Origin: Dehalococcoidia bacterium
Lineage (GTDB): Bacteria > Chloroflexota > Dehalococcoidia > Lucifugimonadales > UBA3495
Reading direction: 5' to 3'
Assembly (NCBI GenBank): GCA_963422765.1
Contig: OY730490.1
Location: 2,453,211-2,517,210 of the forward strand
DNA length: 64,000 nt
The notes under the pieces are model-generated. The model had not been told where the DNA came from. It searched no databases and saw nothing but the letters and a program-made list of their open reading frames with translations. Below, piece by piece: positions 33,669 through 44,170 of this stretch (position 1 is the first letter of the stretch; each line of letters starts with the position of its first letter). A program made the position numbers and the translations under genes.

Positions 33669-34517
33669 CTAACTTCTCGCTCGCATGGCCGCGGTGGCGG
33701 CCTCCAGCATCACAGAGGCGGGCGCGGGCTGTCCGGTCCACATCTCGAAGGAGGCAGCGCCTTGATAGACTAGCATCTGGATGCCGCCCAAGGTGGCGGC
33801 TCCGGCGCGGGCCGCCTCGCGCAGCAACGGCGTTTCCAAGGGATTATACACCAGGTCGTTGACCAGAGCGGCGGGAGGTATGTCAGCGGCAGACAGAGGC
33901 GAGCCGTTTTCGTCGGGCCCGCGAACCATGCCCATAGAGGTGCAGTTGACGATGAGAGCGGCTTTGGCGGCGGCATCGGCAACGCCAGACAGGGCTAACG
34001 CTTCCGCTGGAACGCCGCTATCGGTGGAGAGCTGCGCCAGCCTCTCCGCCCGCTCTAGAGTGCGGTTGGCGACGGACAGCCGGGCGGCCCCGGATCGGGC
34101 CAGCGCGTACACAACGCCGCGCGCCGAACCGCCAGCGCCCAGCACCAGCACGGCTTGACCCTGCGGTTCGAAACCCGCGCCCTCCCGCAACGCCCGCAGG
34201 AACCCTATGCCGTCGGTGTTGTGGCCCGTGAGCCGGCCATCGCGGTTGACAATGGTGTTGACCGCCCCGGCAGTGGAGGCCCAGTCGTCTACCTCATCGA
34301 GATAAGGGATGACCGCTTCCTTGTGCGGCACGGTGACGTTGATGCCCAACGTTCCCGGCGCGCGCAGGCCGTTGACGAAATGGCCCACCTCGCCGGGCGC
34401 AACGTCCCAAGGTTCGTAGGTTCCGTCGAACCCGATGACGTCCAGGGCCGCCTGCTGGAAAACGGGCGAAATGGAGTGGCTGATGGGGTGGCCGATGATG
34501 CCCAACTGCTGCGGCAT
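33669..34517 (-). CDS. aroE: Shikimate dehydrogenase
   Basis: LGIIGHPISHSISP, NVTVPHK, NTDGIGF and GAGGSARG. The start at MPQQLGIIG is preferred over the tracked 34637. Confidence 0.9.
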   Translation of the reverse strand: MPQQLGIIGHPISHSISPVFQQAALDVIGFDGTYEPWDVAPGEVGHFVNGLRAPGTLGINVTVPHKEAVIPYLDEVDDWASTAGAVNTIVNRDGRLTGHNTDGIGFLRALREGAGFEPQGQAVLVLGAGGSARGVVYALARSGAARLSVANRTLERAERLAQLSTDSGVPAEALALSGVADAAAKAALIVNCTSMGMVRGPDENGSPLSAADIPPAALVNDLVYNPLETPLLREAARAGAATLGGIQMLVYQGAASFEMWTGQPAPASVMLEAATAAMRARS

Positions 34518-34557
34518 TATTGGTCTGCTCCGCTCTAATCTAAAAACGTCAGGACAG

Positions 34558-35283
34558 TTATAGAGGCCGGCGACGCAATTCCTGCTCCAACTGCCGGACG
34601 CGCGCTTCAGCGGCAATACGGGCCTCCCGCTCGGCATCGCGCTGGGCTTCAGCCGCGATGATAGCGTCTAGGGCGTCTTCATGAGTGGGGAGGTAACTTT
34701 TAGAATCCGGATCGTACCACCGCAACTGCCCTTGTTCCCAGCAAATGTCGAGGTTCAAGGCATCGCTGTGGCCCCAATGCTCGTCTTTGTCCGTTTGAGT
34801 AATAGTTATGGGCCGATATTCGCCCTCAATCAGCAGGTCACCGGCCAAGGGCCAAGGGTAACGCCTGCCTCCGGTGGGGTCGAACCGCCAGTATTCCGGT
34901 ATGCCATAGACCGCGTATCCGTTGCGTTTGGTGGTGTAGTCGTTGAGAGCAGTGCTAAACGAAGCTACTTCTAAGACAAAATCCGGCGGCTTGCCTATAT
35001 CGTCAATGGCGAAGCCCCGGTCTTCTATGACCGCGGCTCTGTCCACATTGAAGGCCACCATCAGATCCGGGTAGAGCAACCCCTCCTGCCGGTTAGCGCT
35101 CCAACCGACGGGCATCTCGCCAATAACCAGGGTAGTGTTCGGGGAGCCGAGGAACCGGTTGAGGGCGGTAGCGTGTCCGGGCAGGCTGAGATATAGGAAG
35201 TTCTGCATATCGTTCCTGCGGGGGCGTTCAGGGAATTGCGCCACTGGCCCGGAGGAACGCGGTGCGGTGTACTTGGCAGTCAT
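34558..35283 (-). CDS. Uma2-family (DUF820) endonuclease-like protein with a coiled-coil tail
   Basis: YPDLMVAF, PDFVLEVASFST and GIPEYWRFDP form the PD-(D/E)XK-like core. The C-terminus is AEAQRDAEREARIAAEARVRQLEQELRRR. ATG at 35283 follows GGGAGG. Confidence 0.75.
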   Translation of the reverse strand: MTAKYTAPRSSGPVAQFPERPRRNDMQNFLYLSLPGHATALNRFLGSPNTTLVIGEMPVGWSANRQEGLLYPDLMVAFNVDRAAVIEDRGFAIDDIGKPPDFVLEVASFSTALNDYTTKRNGYAVYGIPEYWRFDPTGGRRYPWPLAGDLLIEGEYRPITITQTDKDEHWGHSDALNLDICWEQGQLRWYDPDSKSYLPTHEDALDAIIAAEAQRDAEREARIAAEARVRQLEQELRRRPL

Positions 35284-35356
35284 AGCGGACCTCCCGATGT
35301 GAGATAACGATACGCGGATAGCAACATACTTTGTGAGCGTTTTCGGAGGCCGGGTC

Positions 35357-38110
35357 TTACCGCCCCAGTTGCCCCAAGATTTCGTCAAGGCGCTGCTTAC
35401 GGTCGCGGAGCTCGGTCAGGCGGGCCTCTTCGTTCTCCACCACGTCAGGGCGGGCCTTTTCCCGGAAGTTGGGGTTGGACACCAGCTTCTCCACCCGCTC
35501 CAGGTTGCGGGCGCAATCGGCCAGTTCAGAGCGCAGGCGCCGGCCCTCGGCGTCTAGGTCCACCACGCCTTCCAGCGGCAGCCGCACCACCAGCGGGCTG
35601 ACCACCAGCGTCACGCCGGCACCGCTGGCATCGCCTTCGCTTGCGCCCTCAACTATTCGCAGCGGCTCAATGCGGGACATCGCGCAGATAATGCCGGCTT
35701 CGTCCTCAATGGGAGCCCTCTGCCCGTTGGCCTCCACCAGCGCCTCCAGGCGTTGCGCGGCGGGGATGCGCAATTGGGCGCGGGTGTTGCGCACTGCCCG
35801 CACCGCCTGCCGCACCAAGGCGATCTCTTCCTCTGCCGCCGTGTCAATGCGCTCGCCGGATGCGGGGTACGGGGCAATCATTATGGACTCCGCTTTGTCT
35901 GCGCCTTCCGAGGGCAGTCGCGCCATCAGCGCTTGCCATACCTCTTCCGTGATGAAGGGCATGAAGGGGTGAAGCAAACGCAGGATGCGCTCCAGCGCGT
36001 GGGCCAGCGTTGGCAACGGCGAGGGTTCGTCGGCGTTTCGCAGCCGAATCTTCGCCATCTCGATATACCAGTCGCAGTAGTCGTTCCAGATAAACTCATG
36101 GAGCCGCTGCTGCGCGTCGCCCAGCTCGAAGCTCTCCAGCGCGCGGTTGACCTCGGCGGTGACGCGGTCGAGGCGGCTGATAATCCAGCGGTCTTCGCGG
36201 TGCGGCGGCTGCGGCAGTTCGCGCCATCCTTGTAAGGGCGCATGGCGCAAGGACGCATGGCCCTGCCCATCTATATTTCCGTCTGCGGCATTTCCTGACT
36301 CCAGAGCGGAAATCACGAAGCGGGAGGCATTCCAGATTTTGTTGGCGTAGTTGCGGCCAGCCTCCAGACGGTTCTCGGTGAAGCGCAGGTCGTTACCGGG
36401 CGCGGTGCCGGTGGTGAGGGCGAAGCGCAGGGCATCGGTGCCGTATTTCTCCACCAGATCCAGCGGGTCCATGGTGTTGCCCCGCGTCTTGCTCATCTTT
36501 GCGCCGGAGCCGTCGCGTATGAGGCCGTGCAGGTATACGGTGTTGAAGGGGGGCTTGCCGGTGTTTTCAATGCCCAGCATTATCATGCGGGCCACCCAGA
36601 AGAAGAGGATGTCGTACCCCGTTTCCAGCACCGTCGTCGGGTAGAAATAGTCGAAGTCCGGGTTATTTTCCGGCCAGCCAAGAGTGGAATGGGGCCACAG
36701 GCCGGAGCTGAACCAAGTATCCAACACATCCGGGTCCTGGCGGATGTCCGGCGAGCCGCAGGCTTCGCAGACATCCGGCTCTTCCATGGCGACAGTCAGG
36801 TGTCCGCAAGGGCCGCAGTGCCAGACGGGGATGCGGTGCCCCCACCACAGTTGGCGGCTGATGCACCAGTCGCGGATGTTTTCCAGCCAGTTGAGGTAGA
36901 CACGGGTAAACCGCTCAGGGACGATGCGAATATCGCCCTCTGTAACGGCCCGGTAGGCCTTGCCCGCGATGCTGTCGGGCTGCTCGTGGCTGCCGACGTT
37001 GACGAACCACTGCATACTGATGAGCGGCTCGACCACCGTGGCGCAACGCTGGCAGTGGCCGACGGAATGGCGGTGCGCTTCCACCTTTTCCAGCGCGCCC
37101 AGCGATTCCAGTTCCTCCGCCACACGGCGGCGGGCCTCGAAGCGCTCCACCCCGGCGTACTTGCCGGCCACCGCAGTCATATTGCCGTCTTCGCCGATGA
37201 CGTTGGGGGCGTCCAGCCGGTGGCGCCGGCCCACCTCGAAGTCCACCGGGTCATGGGCTGGGGTGACCTTCAGTGCGCCGGTGCCAAACTCCGGGTCAAT
37301 GGCCTCATCCCCCACCACCGGGATGGCGTGGCCCATAATGGGCAAAACAACGTTACGGCCCCGGAGCCCCCCGCCCAGAATATCGGCGTAGCGCGGATCG
37401 TCGGGATGCACTGCGACGCCGGTGTCGCCCAGCATTGTTTCAGGGCGGGTGGTGGCGACGGTAACGGCTCTGCCAGGATCGTCTTCGAGCGGGTAACGGA
37501 TGTAGTAGAGCTGACCGTCCACGTCCTGATAATCCACTTCCAGGTCAGAGAGGGCAGTGGCGCAGCGGACGCAACGGTTGATGACGCGCTCGTGGCGGTA
37601 AATCAGCCCTTTTTCGTACAGGCTGACGAATGTGGTGCGAACGGCGTGGCTGGGGCCCGGCTCCAGGGTGAACTTGTGCCGATCCCAGTCGGCAGAGATA
37701 CCCAACCGGCGCGACTGTTCGTGAATGATGCCGCCGGACTTCTCAACGTGTTCCCAGACTCGCTCGACAAAGGCGTCGCGGCCCATTTCGTGGCGGCTGG
37801 TTCCCTCTTCCAGCAACTGACGCTCCACCACCCACTGGGTGGCTATGCCGGCGTGGTCGGTTCCAGGCAGCCACAGCGTCGGCGCGCCGGTCATGCGCCG
37901 GTAGCGGATGAGAGCGTCCTCCAGCGCCTTCTCCAGCGCATGGCCCAAGTGCAGCTCGCCGGTGACGTTGGGCGGCGGCATAATGATGACGTAGGGTTGC
38001 TGGCCGGGCTTGGGGGCGGCGTGAAAATAGTCTTTGTCCATCCAATCCTGGTATATGCGCCGCTCCACGGCGGCGGGGTCATAAGCGCGCGACATCTGGC
38101 CGGAAGTCAT
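35357..38110 (-). CDS. valS: Valine--tRNA ligase
   Basis: PPPNVTGELHLGHA (HIGH), KMSKTRGN (KMSKS), and a C-terminal coiled coil. The start at MTSGQMSRAYDP is preferred over the tracked 38230. Confidence 0.95.
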   Translation of the reverse strand: MTSGQMSRAYDPAAVERRIYQDWMDKDYFHAAPKPGQQPYVIIMPPPNVTGELHLGHALEKALEDALIRYRRMTGAPTLWLPGTDHAGIATQWVVERQLLEEGTSRHEMGRDAFVERVWEHVEKSGGIIHEQSRRLGISADWDRHKFTLEPGPSHAVRTTFVSLYEKGLIYRHERVINRCVRCATALSDLEVDYQDVDGQLYYIRYPLEDDPGRAVTVATTRPETMLGDTGVAVHPDDPRYADILGGGLRGRNVVLPIMGHAIPVVGDEAIDPEFGTGALKVTPAHDPVDFEVGRRHRLDAPNVIGEDGNMTAVAGKYAGVERFEARRRVAEELESLGALEKVEAHRHSVGHCQRCATVVEPLISMQWFVNVGSHEQPDSIAGKAYRAVTEGDIRIVPERFTRVYLNWLENIRDWCISRQLWWGHRIPVWHCGPCGHLTVAMEEPDVCEACGSPDIRQDPDVLDTWFSSGLWPHSTLGWPENNPDFDYFYPTTVLETGYDILFFWVARMIMLGIENTGKPPFNTVYLHGLIRDGSGAKMSKTRGNTMDPLDLVEKYGTDALRFALTTGTAPGNDLRFTENRLEAGRNYANKIWNASRFVISALESGNAADGNIDGQGHASLRHAPLQGWRELPQPPHREDRWIISRLDRVTAEVNRALESFELGDAQQRLHEFIWNDYCDWYIEMAKIRLRNADEPSPLPTLAHALERILRLLHPFMPFITEEVWQALMARLPSEGADKAESIMIAPYPASGERIDTAAEEEIALVRQAVRAVRNTRAQLRIPAAQRLEALVEANGQRAPIEDEAGIICAMSRIEPLRIVEGASEGDASGAGVTLVVSPLVVRLPLEGVVDLDAEGRRLRSELADCARNLERVEKLVSNPNFREKARPDVVENEEARLTELRDRKQRLDEILGQLGR

Positions 38111-38256
38111 CGGTAAACACAAACTCCGTGGCCGGAATTCCGGCGTCAGATAGGGGAGACCCGCTGATGGTTCGGCAAGCTCGCCACTGGAGCAGACAAC
38201 GAAAATGGAGCAAGCAACGAAAACCGGCATGGGGCGAGTGAGGCCAATATACCATC

Positions 38257-38331
38257 GGGAAGCGCCGGTAGTCTATTAGGCGGGAAGCGCCGGTAGTCTA
38301 TTGGGCGGGAAGCGCCGGTAGTCTATTGGGG
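38257..38331. repeat. 25-nt tandem triplication including a gene's last codons and stop
   Basis: GGGAAGCGCCGGTAGTCTATT(A/G)GG(C/G) x3. The third copy supplies the stop (38323-38325) and final codons of the 38323..39075 gene. Confidence 0.9.
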
Positions 38332-39075
38332 GACGGCAATCCACCCGGAGGTTTCCTGTAGAGTGGCGAGGCGGCGGATGGCCAGGCGGGTGTCGGATGC
38401 TACGCGGGCCGGATCCCAATAGTTGACGCGGCGTTTGTGGAGCCAGTAGGTGAACTCTTTAAGGTCGGTGAGAGAGAGGCCGCGCCGGTAATCCAGGCCG
38501 TTGACTATACGAAATTCATCCAAGAGATTAGACCGAGAGTCGTTGTACAGGTGGCGGAAGGCATCTTCCACTAGCTCCTCGCTGTCAGTATAGCCGCGAG
38601 CTATATGCCGCTTGCGTATCTTCTCTTCTGCGGCCAGTTGCAATGCTTCTTCCAGGACGATGCCGTAGTGGTAATTCAGATAGCCTTGGTGCTTGCTCGC
38701 GCCCAGCAGGGCGCGGAATTCATCGGCTTCGACCGGTTCAGGCAAGATTCCGTGGAATAGCAGCAATTCCGCCTCTTCCCATGGAATAGCGTCGCCGGCC
38801 CCGGCGCAAAGGCGCTCCGCCAACAGCAGCCAGTCGAAGGCTTCCCGTCCCACGATGTACTTGTAGCGCCGCCCCTGCCAGGTCTCTTCGGGCAGCGTCC
38901 ATCGGCCCATCGCTTCCAGCAACGCCCGGTGCCAAGGGGCGCCCGCCGCCAGTTGCCCGTGGAAGTGCGCGACGGCGTCCGGCGTTTGTTTCCGTGGCTC
39001 TGATTCTTCCGTGCGCGAGTCTGCGAAGGCAACCCCGCCGTTCATTGAGAGAGAGTCGTCGCTGGGGAACGGCAT
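38323..39075 (-). CDS. Hypothetical protein, translationally close partner of PolX
   Basis: 250 aa with coding-like composition. It starts 12 nt downstream of the polX stop on the same strand. I recognise no family. Confidence 0.55.
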   Translation of the reverse strand: MPFPSDDSLSMNGGVAFADSRTEESEPRKQTPDAVAHFHGQLAAGAPWHRALLEAMGRWTLPEETWQGRRYKYIVGREAFDWLLLAERLCAGAGDAIPWEEAELLLFHGILPEPVEADEFRALLGASKHQGYLNYHYGIVLEEALQLAAEEKIRKRHIARGYTDSEELVEDAFRHLYNDSRSNLLDEFRIVNGLDYRRGLSLTDLKEFTYWLHKRRVNYWDPARVASDTRLAIRRLATLQETSGWIAVPQ

Positions 39076-39087
39076 CTCAGTCTATCC

Positions 39088-40884
39088 TCAGCCCGCCGAA
39101 GGGTTTCCGGCGACAACAGAAGCGTCGAATACCCTGATGCGGTCTGGCTTGGGTGTAGTGATGAACTGCATAAACTCGGACAATGGCCGGGCGTTCAGGA
39201 TGTGCCGCGGCTCGCACCAAGCGCGGCGGGCGACTGCGACGCCGAACCGCCCGCCGGACAGTTCGGAATGGTGGTGTGAGTCGGTGTTGATGACCAGCGG
39301 AACACCCAACTCGCGGGCGCGGAAGGCGTGGGTATCGCGCAGGTCGAGGCGGGCTGGGGATGCGTTGATTTCCAAGGCCGTGCCAGTATCCCGCGCCGCC
39401 TGCAACACCGCCTCCAGGTCGAATTCCGTGGGCGGTCGTTGGCCCAGCAGCCGGGTGGACAGGTGGCCGATGATGGTCACCGACGGGTGTTCCATAGCGG
39501 AGATAATACGCCGAGTCATAGTATCGCGGTCTTGCGACATGGCGTTGTGTACCGACGCCACCACCACGTCCAGCTCCGCCAGCACATCGTCTGGGAAATC
39601 CATGCGGCCATCGGCGCGGATGTCCACCTCCGACCCGGCCAGGATACGGATATCGAAACGCTGCTGCAATCCGCTGAGAACTTGCCGCTGGGCGGCGAGC
39701 CGCTCCGGGGTGAGGCCGTTGGCGATGCCCAAGCCCTGAGAGTGGTCGGTCAAGGCCATGTACTCGTATCCCAGAGCGGCTGCCGTTGCCACCATAGTTT
39801 CGATGGAATCGCTGCCATCGCTCCACTCGCTGTGGACGTGCAGGTCGCCGCGCAGGTGGCGGGTTTCCACTAGTTGCGGCAGGCGGCCCTGCTGCGCCGC
39901 ATCCAGTTCCCACATTCCGGCGCGCAGTTCCGGGGGAATCCAGGGCAGCCCCAAGCGAGCGTAGAAGGCGGCTTCGTTAACGAATGTCTCCGCTTCCCCG
40001 GATTCGATGTTGGTGATTCCGTATTCGTTCAGGGACAGCCCTATACGGTTAGCGAAGTCGCGCAGGCGAATGTTGTGCTGCTGGCTGCCGGTGAAGTATT
40101 GCAGCATTGCGCCAATGGATTCCGGCTCGCCGGTTCGGAGGTCAATCTGCAATCCAGGCTCGACAATCACGCTGGTCTTGCGGGGGCCGTTGACCAGCGT
40201 CTCGCGCGCTTCGGGAAGGCCGGCCAGGCAACGCCCCAGTTCTTCCGGTTGCGGGGTGACGGCCACCAAGTCAACGTCGCCGATGGTTTCTTCCCACCGG
40301 CGCAGGCTGCCCGCCGGGGTCAGCAACGCAATATCGGGGCTGCTCTCGCGCAGGGCGGCCATGACCGACTCGGCGGCGGGCAGTGCCTCGCCGATGGGGG
40401 TGCGCCCGCCCATACTGCGGGCGGCCTGTATGTGGCGCAGTATGCTGTCGGCGGCCCGTTTGCCCATGCGGGGCAGCGCGGCCAGACGTCCGTCTGCAAC
40501 GGCCTGCTCTACGCCCTCGATCGTGCTGATGCCCAGCTCGGAGCCGATGAGCATGGCGGTCTTGGGGCCGATGCCGGGGATTGCCAGCAAGTCCAATACG
40601 CCTTCCGGCGCTTCGGATTTGACTCGCTCGTAAGTCCGCACCTGGCCGGTGATCACCAGCTCTTGAATTTTGTCGCTGATTGCCTTGCCGATGCCCGGTA
40701 TGCCGGTGAGTTTCTGCCCGTTCTGAACAGCTTGGGCCAGCGGAAAGGCGAGTTGGTGGATGGTCTCCGCAGCCCGCCGGTAGGCGCGAATCTTGAACAC
40801 CGAGTCGCCTTTAATTTCCAGCAAGGCTCCCAAGTTCTCAAACAGTTGGGCAATTTCTTCGTTGGTGGGTTGCATATTCCGCAA
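39088..40884 (-). CDS. polX: Family X DNA polymerase with a C-terminal PHP phosphoesterase domain
   Basis: N-terminal HhH (IAQLFENLGALLEIKGDSVFKIRAYRRAA; GIGKAISDKI; GIGPKTA), a polymerase beta-like core, and the PHP motif GDLHVHSEWSDG...TDH. Confidence 0.9.
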   Translation of the reverse strand: MRNMQPTNEEIAQLFENLGALLEIKGDSVFKIRAYRRAAETIHQLAFPLAQAVQNGQKLTGIPGIGKAISDKIQELVITGQVRTYERVKSEAPEGVLDLLAIPGIGPKTAMLIGSELGISTIEGVEQAVADGRLAALPRMGKRAADSILRHIQAARSMGGRTPIGEALPAAESVMAALRESSPDIALLTPAGSLRRWEETIGDVDLVAVTPQPEELGRCLAGLPEARETLVNGPRKTSVIVEPGLQIDLRTGEPESIGAMLQYFTGSQQHNIRLRDFANRIGLSLNEYGITNIESGEAETFVNEAAFYARLGLPWIPPELRAGMWELDAAQQGRLPQLVETRHLRGDLHVHSEWSDGSDSIETMVATAAALGYEYMALTDHSQGLGIANGLTPERLAAQRQVLSGLQQRFDIRILAGSEVDIRADGRMDFPDDVLAELDVVVASVHNAMSQDRDTMTRRIISAMEHPSVTIIGHLSTRLLGQRPPTEFDLEAVLQAARDTGTALEINASPARLDLRDTHAFRARELGVPLVINTDSHHHSELSGGRFGVAVARRAWCEPRHILNARPLSEFMQFITTPKPDRIRVFDASVVAGNPSAG

Positions 40885-40981
40885 ATTTCGGTTCAGTTAG
40901 GGCTGGCCGCAAACTCAACTATAAAGCGTCGCCCCGCCATTGTCGAACAGCCGGAGAAGCGTTATTCAGCGAGTTGCCGCC

Positions 40982-41010
40982 TTGACAGCCATCGCGTCGG
41001 ATTCGATAAT
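40982..41010 (+). promoter_or_regulatory. Promoter of tRNA-Phe
   Basis: TTGACA (40982-40987), a 17-nt spacer, then GATAAT (41005-41010), ending 10 nt before the tRNA 5' end. Confidence 0.6.
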
Positions 41011-41020
41011 AGAAGCTCAA

Positions 41021-41096
41021 GCCGAGGTAGCTCAGGTGGTAGAGCACGGCACTGAAAATGCCGGTGTCGACAGTTCGAGTCTGTCCCTCGGCACCA
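41021..41096 (+). tRNA. tRNA-Phe (anticodon GAA), CCA encoded
   Basis: Acceptor GCCGAGG/CCTCGGC, D-arm AGCTCAGGTGGTAGAGC, anticodon loop CTGAAAA, T-arm GTTCGAGTC, 3' ACCA. Confidence 0.95.
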
Positions 41097-41314
41097 CTAT
41101 ACCGCCGTTTGTCTTTCATAAGTTTCCCGCGAGCCTCGTTTGCTCTCCCCTTGTCCCGCTTTTCCGCCGCCGCTCCCCGTAGATTACTCTTAACAAGTCA
41201 TTTGCGCTGCTTCCATCAGGGTTATCCAGCGCCAAGGTTAACGAGCATTAGGGTTAACCAGATGCTCCCGCAGTGGAGCCATCTCTTTCGCCGCCCGCTA
41301 CTCGAAGCTGCCCG

Positions 41315-44131
41315 CTACTCAAAAAAGAACCCGCGAACTGCGCGGCTGTAACGCTGGTAAAGCAGGCCCCCGGCCACCAGGATCAGGCCCAGCGCGATGA
41401 ACGCTATAACCCGGTATTCCTGCTCCAGCGTCCGGGAATCGTATGCGAACAGCTTGACCACCGGCACAGCCAGCAGGGCCAGCCCGGCCAGGCGCACCCA
41501 GCGCCATCGCCGCACCACCCCCAGCACAATGAGAGCGGCGGCGTAGACGCCCCATAGCAAGCTCAGGCCCAGGCTGGCCAAATTTTCTCTTACGTCGCCG
41601 GCCAAGTTGAAGACGGCGCTGTCCGAAGCAGCGAGAATTTCCGCCGAAAATATCCACAGCGTGGCGAGATTCGCCAGCGCTATCAAGGCAGGGAAGGCAA
41701 GCTGCTTTTCCCTTTCTTCAACCTCGGAGGCGGTATTTACCTTGGAGCTAAACGCCAGCCGCCATGCTGAATAGAGGGCCACGATTCCTATGGCGAAAGA
41801 CAGGAACCGCCAGTTGATTACCGGGCGGAAGGTGTTCAGGTCCACGTCGAAGGTGTCCAGCGCCAGAAGCCTCGCCAGCATCACGGCCAGCAGGCCATAG
41901 CCGGCCCAGCGCAGTTCCCGCAGGCTCAACCACGATGACAGCGCCAAGACGAGCGCAGCTTCCGCCGCCCAGGCAGTGCTGATCCAGACGCCGTCAAGCT
42001 GCACCGGAACGGCAACGGCAGCAACAGCGGCGGCCGCGGCAGCGAAAACCGGATAGGCCGCCTCCTCATACGGCTCCAGGGCCTCCCGCTTGCGCCAGAG
42101 CAGCCAGGCCAACAGAACCGAGGCCAGAATGACCACTCCGTAGGTCAGCATTATGTAGTTCAGGAAGGGCGTCAGTTCGTCCCTTAGCGCGCCCGGCGAG
42201 TCCACCGCAAAAAGCCATGTCGCCAGCACAGCAAACATCACGTAAGCGAACCAGCGCAGCGGCGTCATTTTTATTGTGAAAGACAGCCAGAGCATGAATA
42301 GCGTTTCCACTGCCCAGCCAACGACAATCCAGGCGCCGTCAAGCTGTATGGGGACGACCACGGCGGCGAAAACGGCAGCCCGCAACGCAAACACGGGAAT
42401 GGCTGCCTGTTCCCTATCATCCAGGCTGTTGCGGCGCAGATGCAGCAGGCAGCCTCCCAGCGCGGGAAGGATGATGGCCGCGGCATAGCTGATCATATAT
42501 TCGTTCAGGAAGGGGGTGAAGTCCTTGCTGAACGCGCCGGGCGAATCCACCGCCAGCAGCCACACGGCGGAGACGAGAAACATGGCGTAGCCAGACCAGC
42601 GGAGCTCGCGCATTCGGAGCGGGAAGGACAGCCACATCAGGACCAGCCCTTCAACTCCCCAAGCCACGCTTATCCACGGCCCGCCAAGCTGTATCGGGAC
42701 GGCCAATACAGCGAAAACCACGGCCAGCCCCGCCGAGAACAAGGTCAGGTTGAGCTGTTCCGGCCCGCGCATCCGGCAAGCGGCGGCCAGCAAGACGTAA
42801 AACACCGCTACCAGCGCGGTGAATCCGCCGATCCAGGGCCGGTATGGGTCATATATCAGGGCGTAGCTGATGCCGTAGTACCCGGCGGCGTTCAGAGTTA
42901 CCAGCGCGAGGTCAGAAATGCCCGCAGCCTGCCGCCGCACGATGTGAAAGGCGACGGTGGCCCCGGCAAAGGTGAGGAATATGGCGGTGGCGCCAATCTG
43001 CCCCAAGTCTGCCGAAGGCTCCAGTTCCGTTTGCCAGAAGGCGAAAAGTATCAGCGACCCGGCCCAGGCCAGCAGCGTGAACCAGCGCCAGTTGCGGAAA
43101 CCGGCCAGCGTCAGCACCCCCACGTCCAGCACCAGCACATAGGCCAGCAACAGCCGCTCGTCTGGCAGTTGCTCCCGCAACAGCAGGGGCGTGGCGAACC
43201 CGCCGAAGATGGACAGCACGGCAACGCCCGCTGCCTCGTGACGCAGGGAAAGCAAGGCCCCAGCCAGCGTAATCAGGACGAACGCGCCGAAGGCAACTTC
43301 GGTGGAAATCAGCCCGTACAGCGCGAAGGCCCCATATACGGAGAGGTAGAGGATGGCTATTCCACCGCCGGTAACGGTCTGCGCCCAGACGGGGTAGCGT
43401 TTGCGGTAGTATTCGCCTGCGCCGAGAAAGGCCAGCCCGCCGACTAAGCCCAGCAGAGCCCGCTCCATTTCACCCAGCCAGCCCCGGTCAATAGCCAGGC
43501 TGATGAAGAAGGCAACACCGAAGATCAGGGCCACGACGCCGATGCGGGCCAACCAGTTGCCGCCCAGGAGCCATTCCCAGTTCCAATCGGCGAAAGTCCC
43601 AGAGGGTATCCCAGGCAACCCGCCCCGGCCCGACCCTCCGGCATCTGCCGTTCCGGCCATAGACGGCGCGTAAGGCCCCCTTGCCTGCCCCAAACCGGCC
43701 GCCGCTTCTCCGGTGGAGGCGGGCGCGGACGGGGTTGCCGCCCGTGGCCGAGGGGAAGTTGCCGGAGCTGCCGGTTGGGGCGGCGGAGCAACCGGGGGCG
43801 GTTCATCCCGTGTCCCAGGCGCAAGGGCAGCAGGCGGGGCGGCCGGCCCTTGCTGAGGCGCGGCGGCAAAGCCGCTGCCTCTTTCCAGCGCCGACAGTCT
43901 TCGCGACAGCCGGGCCAGCTCGGCGGTCATCGAATTCACGGCAGCCCGGAGTTCTCGAAGCTCCTCATCGTTTGAGGTAGAATCCCCTGGGCCGCTCGAT
44001 GTTGGCCCGATTCCCGGCCCGCCGGATTGCGGGGCGCCCGGGCCGGGGGGAGCCGGGGTTTGGGGAGCGCCGCACCAAGGGCAGTACCGATCTCGGGGCT
44101 GAACCTCGAGGCCGCAAGCAGGGCAAGCCAT
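41315..44131 (-). CDS. DUF2339-like giant polytopic membrane protein with an N-terminal zinc ribbon
   Basis: MACPACGLEVQPRDRYCPWCG, a Pro-rich linker, a short coiled coil (ELRELRAAVNSMTAELARLSRRLSALE), then many TM helices in internally repeated blocks. Confidence 0.75.
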   Translation of the reverse strand: MACPACGLEVQPRDRYCPWCGAPQTPAPPGPGAPQSGGPGIGPTSSGPGDSTSNDEELRELRAAVNSMTAELARLSRRLSALERGSGFAAAPQQGPAAPPAALAPGTRDEPPPVAPPPQPAAPATSPRPRAATPSAPASTGEAAAGLGQARGPYAPSMAGTADAGGSGRGGLPGIPSGTFADWNWEWLLGGNWLARIGVVALIFGVAFFISLAIDRGWLGEMERALLGLVGGLAFLGAGEYYRKRYPVWAQTVTGGGIAILYLSVYGAFALYGLISTEVAFGAFVLITLAGALLSLRHEAAGVAVLSIFGGFATPLLLREQLPDERLLLAYVLVLDVGVLTLAGFRNWRWFTLLAWAGSLILFAFWQTELEPSADLGQIGATAIFLTFAGATVAFHIVRRQAAGISDLALVTLNAAGYYGISYALIYDPYRPWIGGFTALVAVFYVLLAAACRMRGPEQLNLTLFSAGLAVVFAVLAVPIQLGGPWISVAWGVEGLVLMWLSFPLRMRELRWSGYAMFLVSAVWLLAVDSPGAFSKDFTPFLNEYMISYAAAIILPALGGCLLHLRRNSLDDREQAAIPVFALRAAVFAAVVVPIQLDGAWIVVGWAVETLFMLWLSFTIKMTPLRWFAYVMFAVLATWLFAVDSPGALRDELTPFLNYIMLTYGVVILASVLLAWLLWRKREALEPYEEAAYPVFAAAAAAVAAVAVPVQLDGVWISTAWAAEAALVLALSSWLSLRELRWAGYGLLAVMLARLLALDTFDVDLNTFRPVINWRFLSFAIGIVALYSAWRLAFSSKVNTASEVEEREKQLAFPALIALANLATLWIFSAEILAASDSAVFNLAGDVRENLASLGLSLLWGVYAAALIVLGVVRRWRWVRLAGLALLAVPVVKLFAYDSRTLEQEYRVIAFIALGLILVAGGLLYQRYSRAVRGFFFE

Positions 44132-44170
44132 GTTGCCTTCTCTTTGCCTCCACTGCCCTGATGCGTCAGT

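Noticed and set aside
41097-41314. A prophage or genomic-island boundary at tRNA-Phe.
   Set aside because: No duplicated tRNA 3' end, integrase or compositional shift is seen. The flanking gene is a chromosomal-looking membrane protein. Only a short stop-codon-associated duplication is present.
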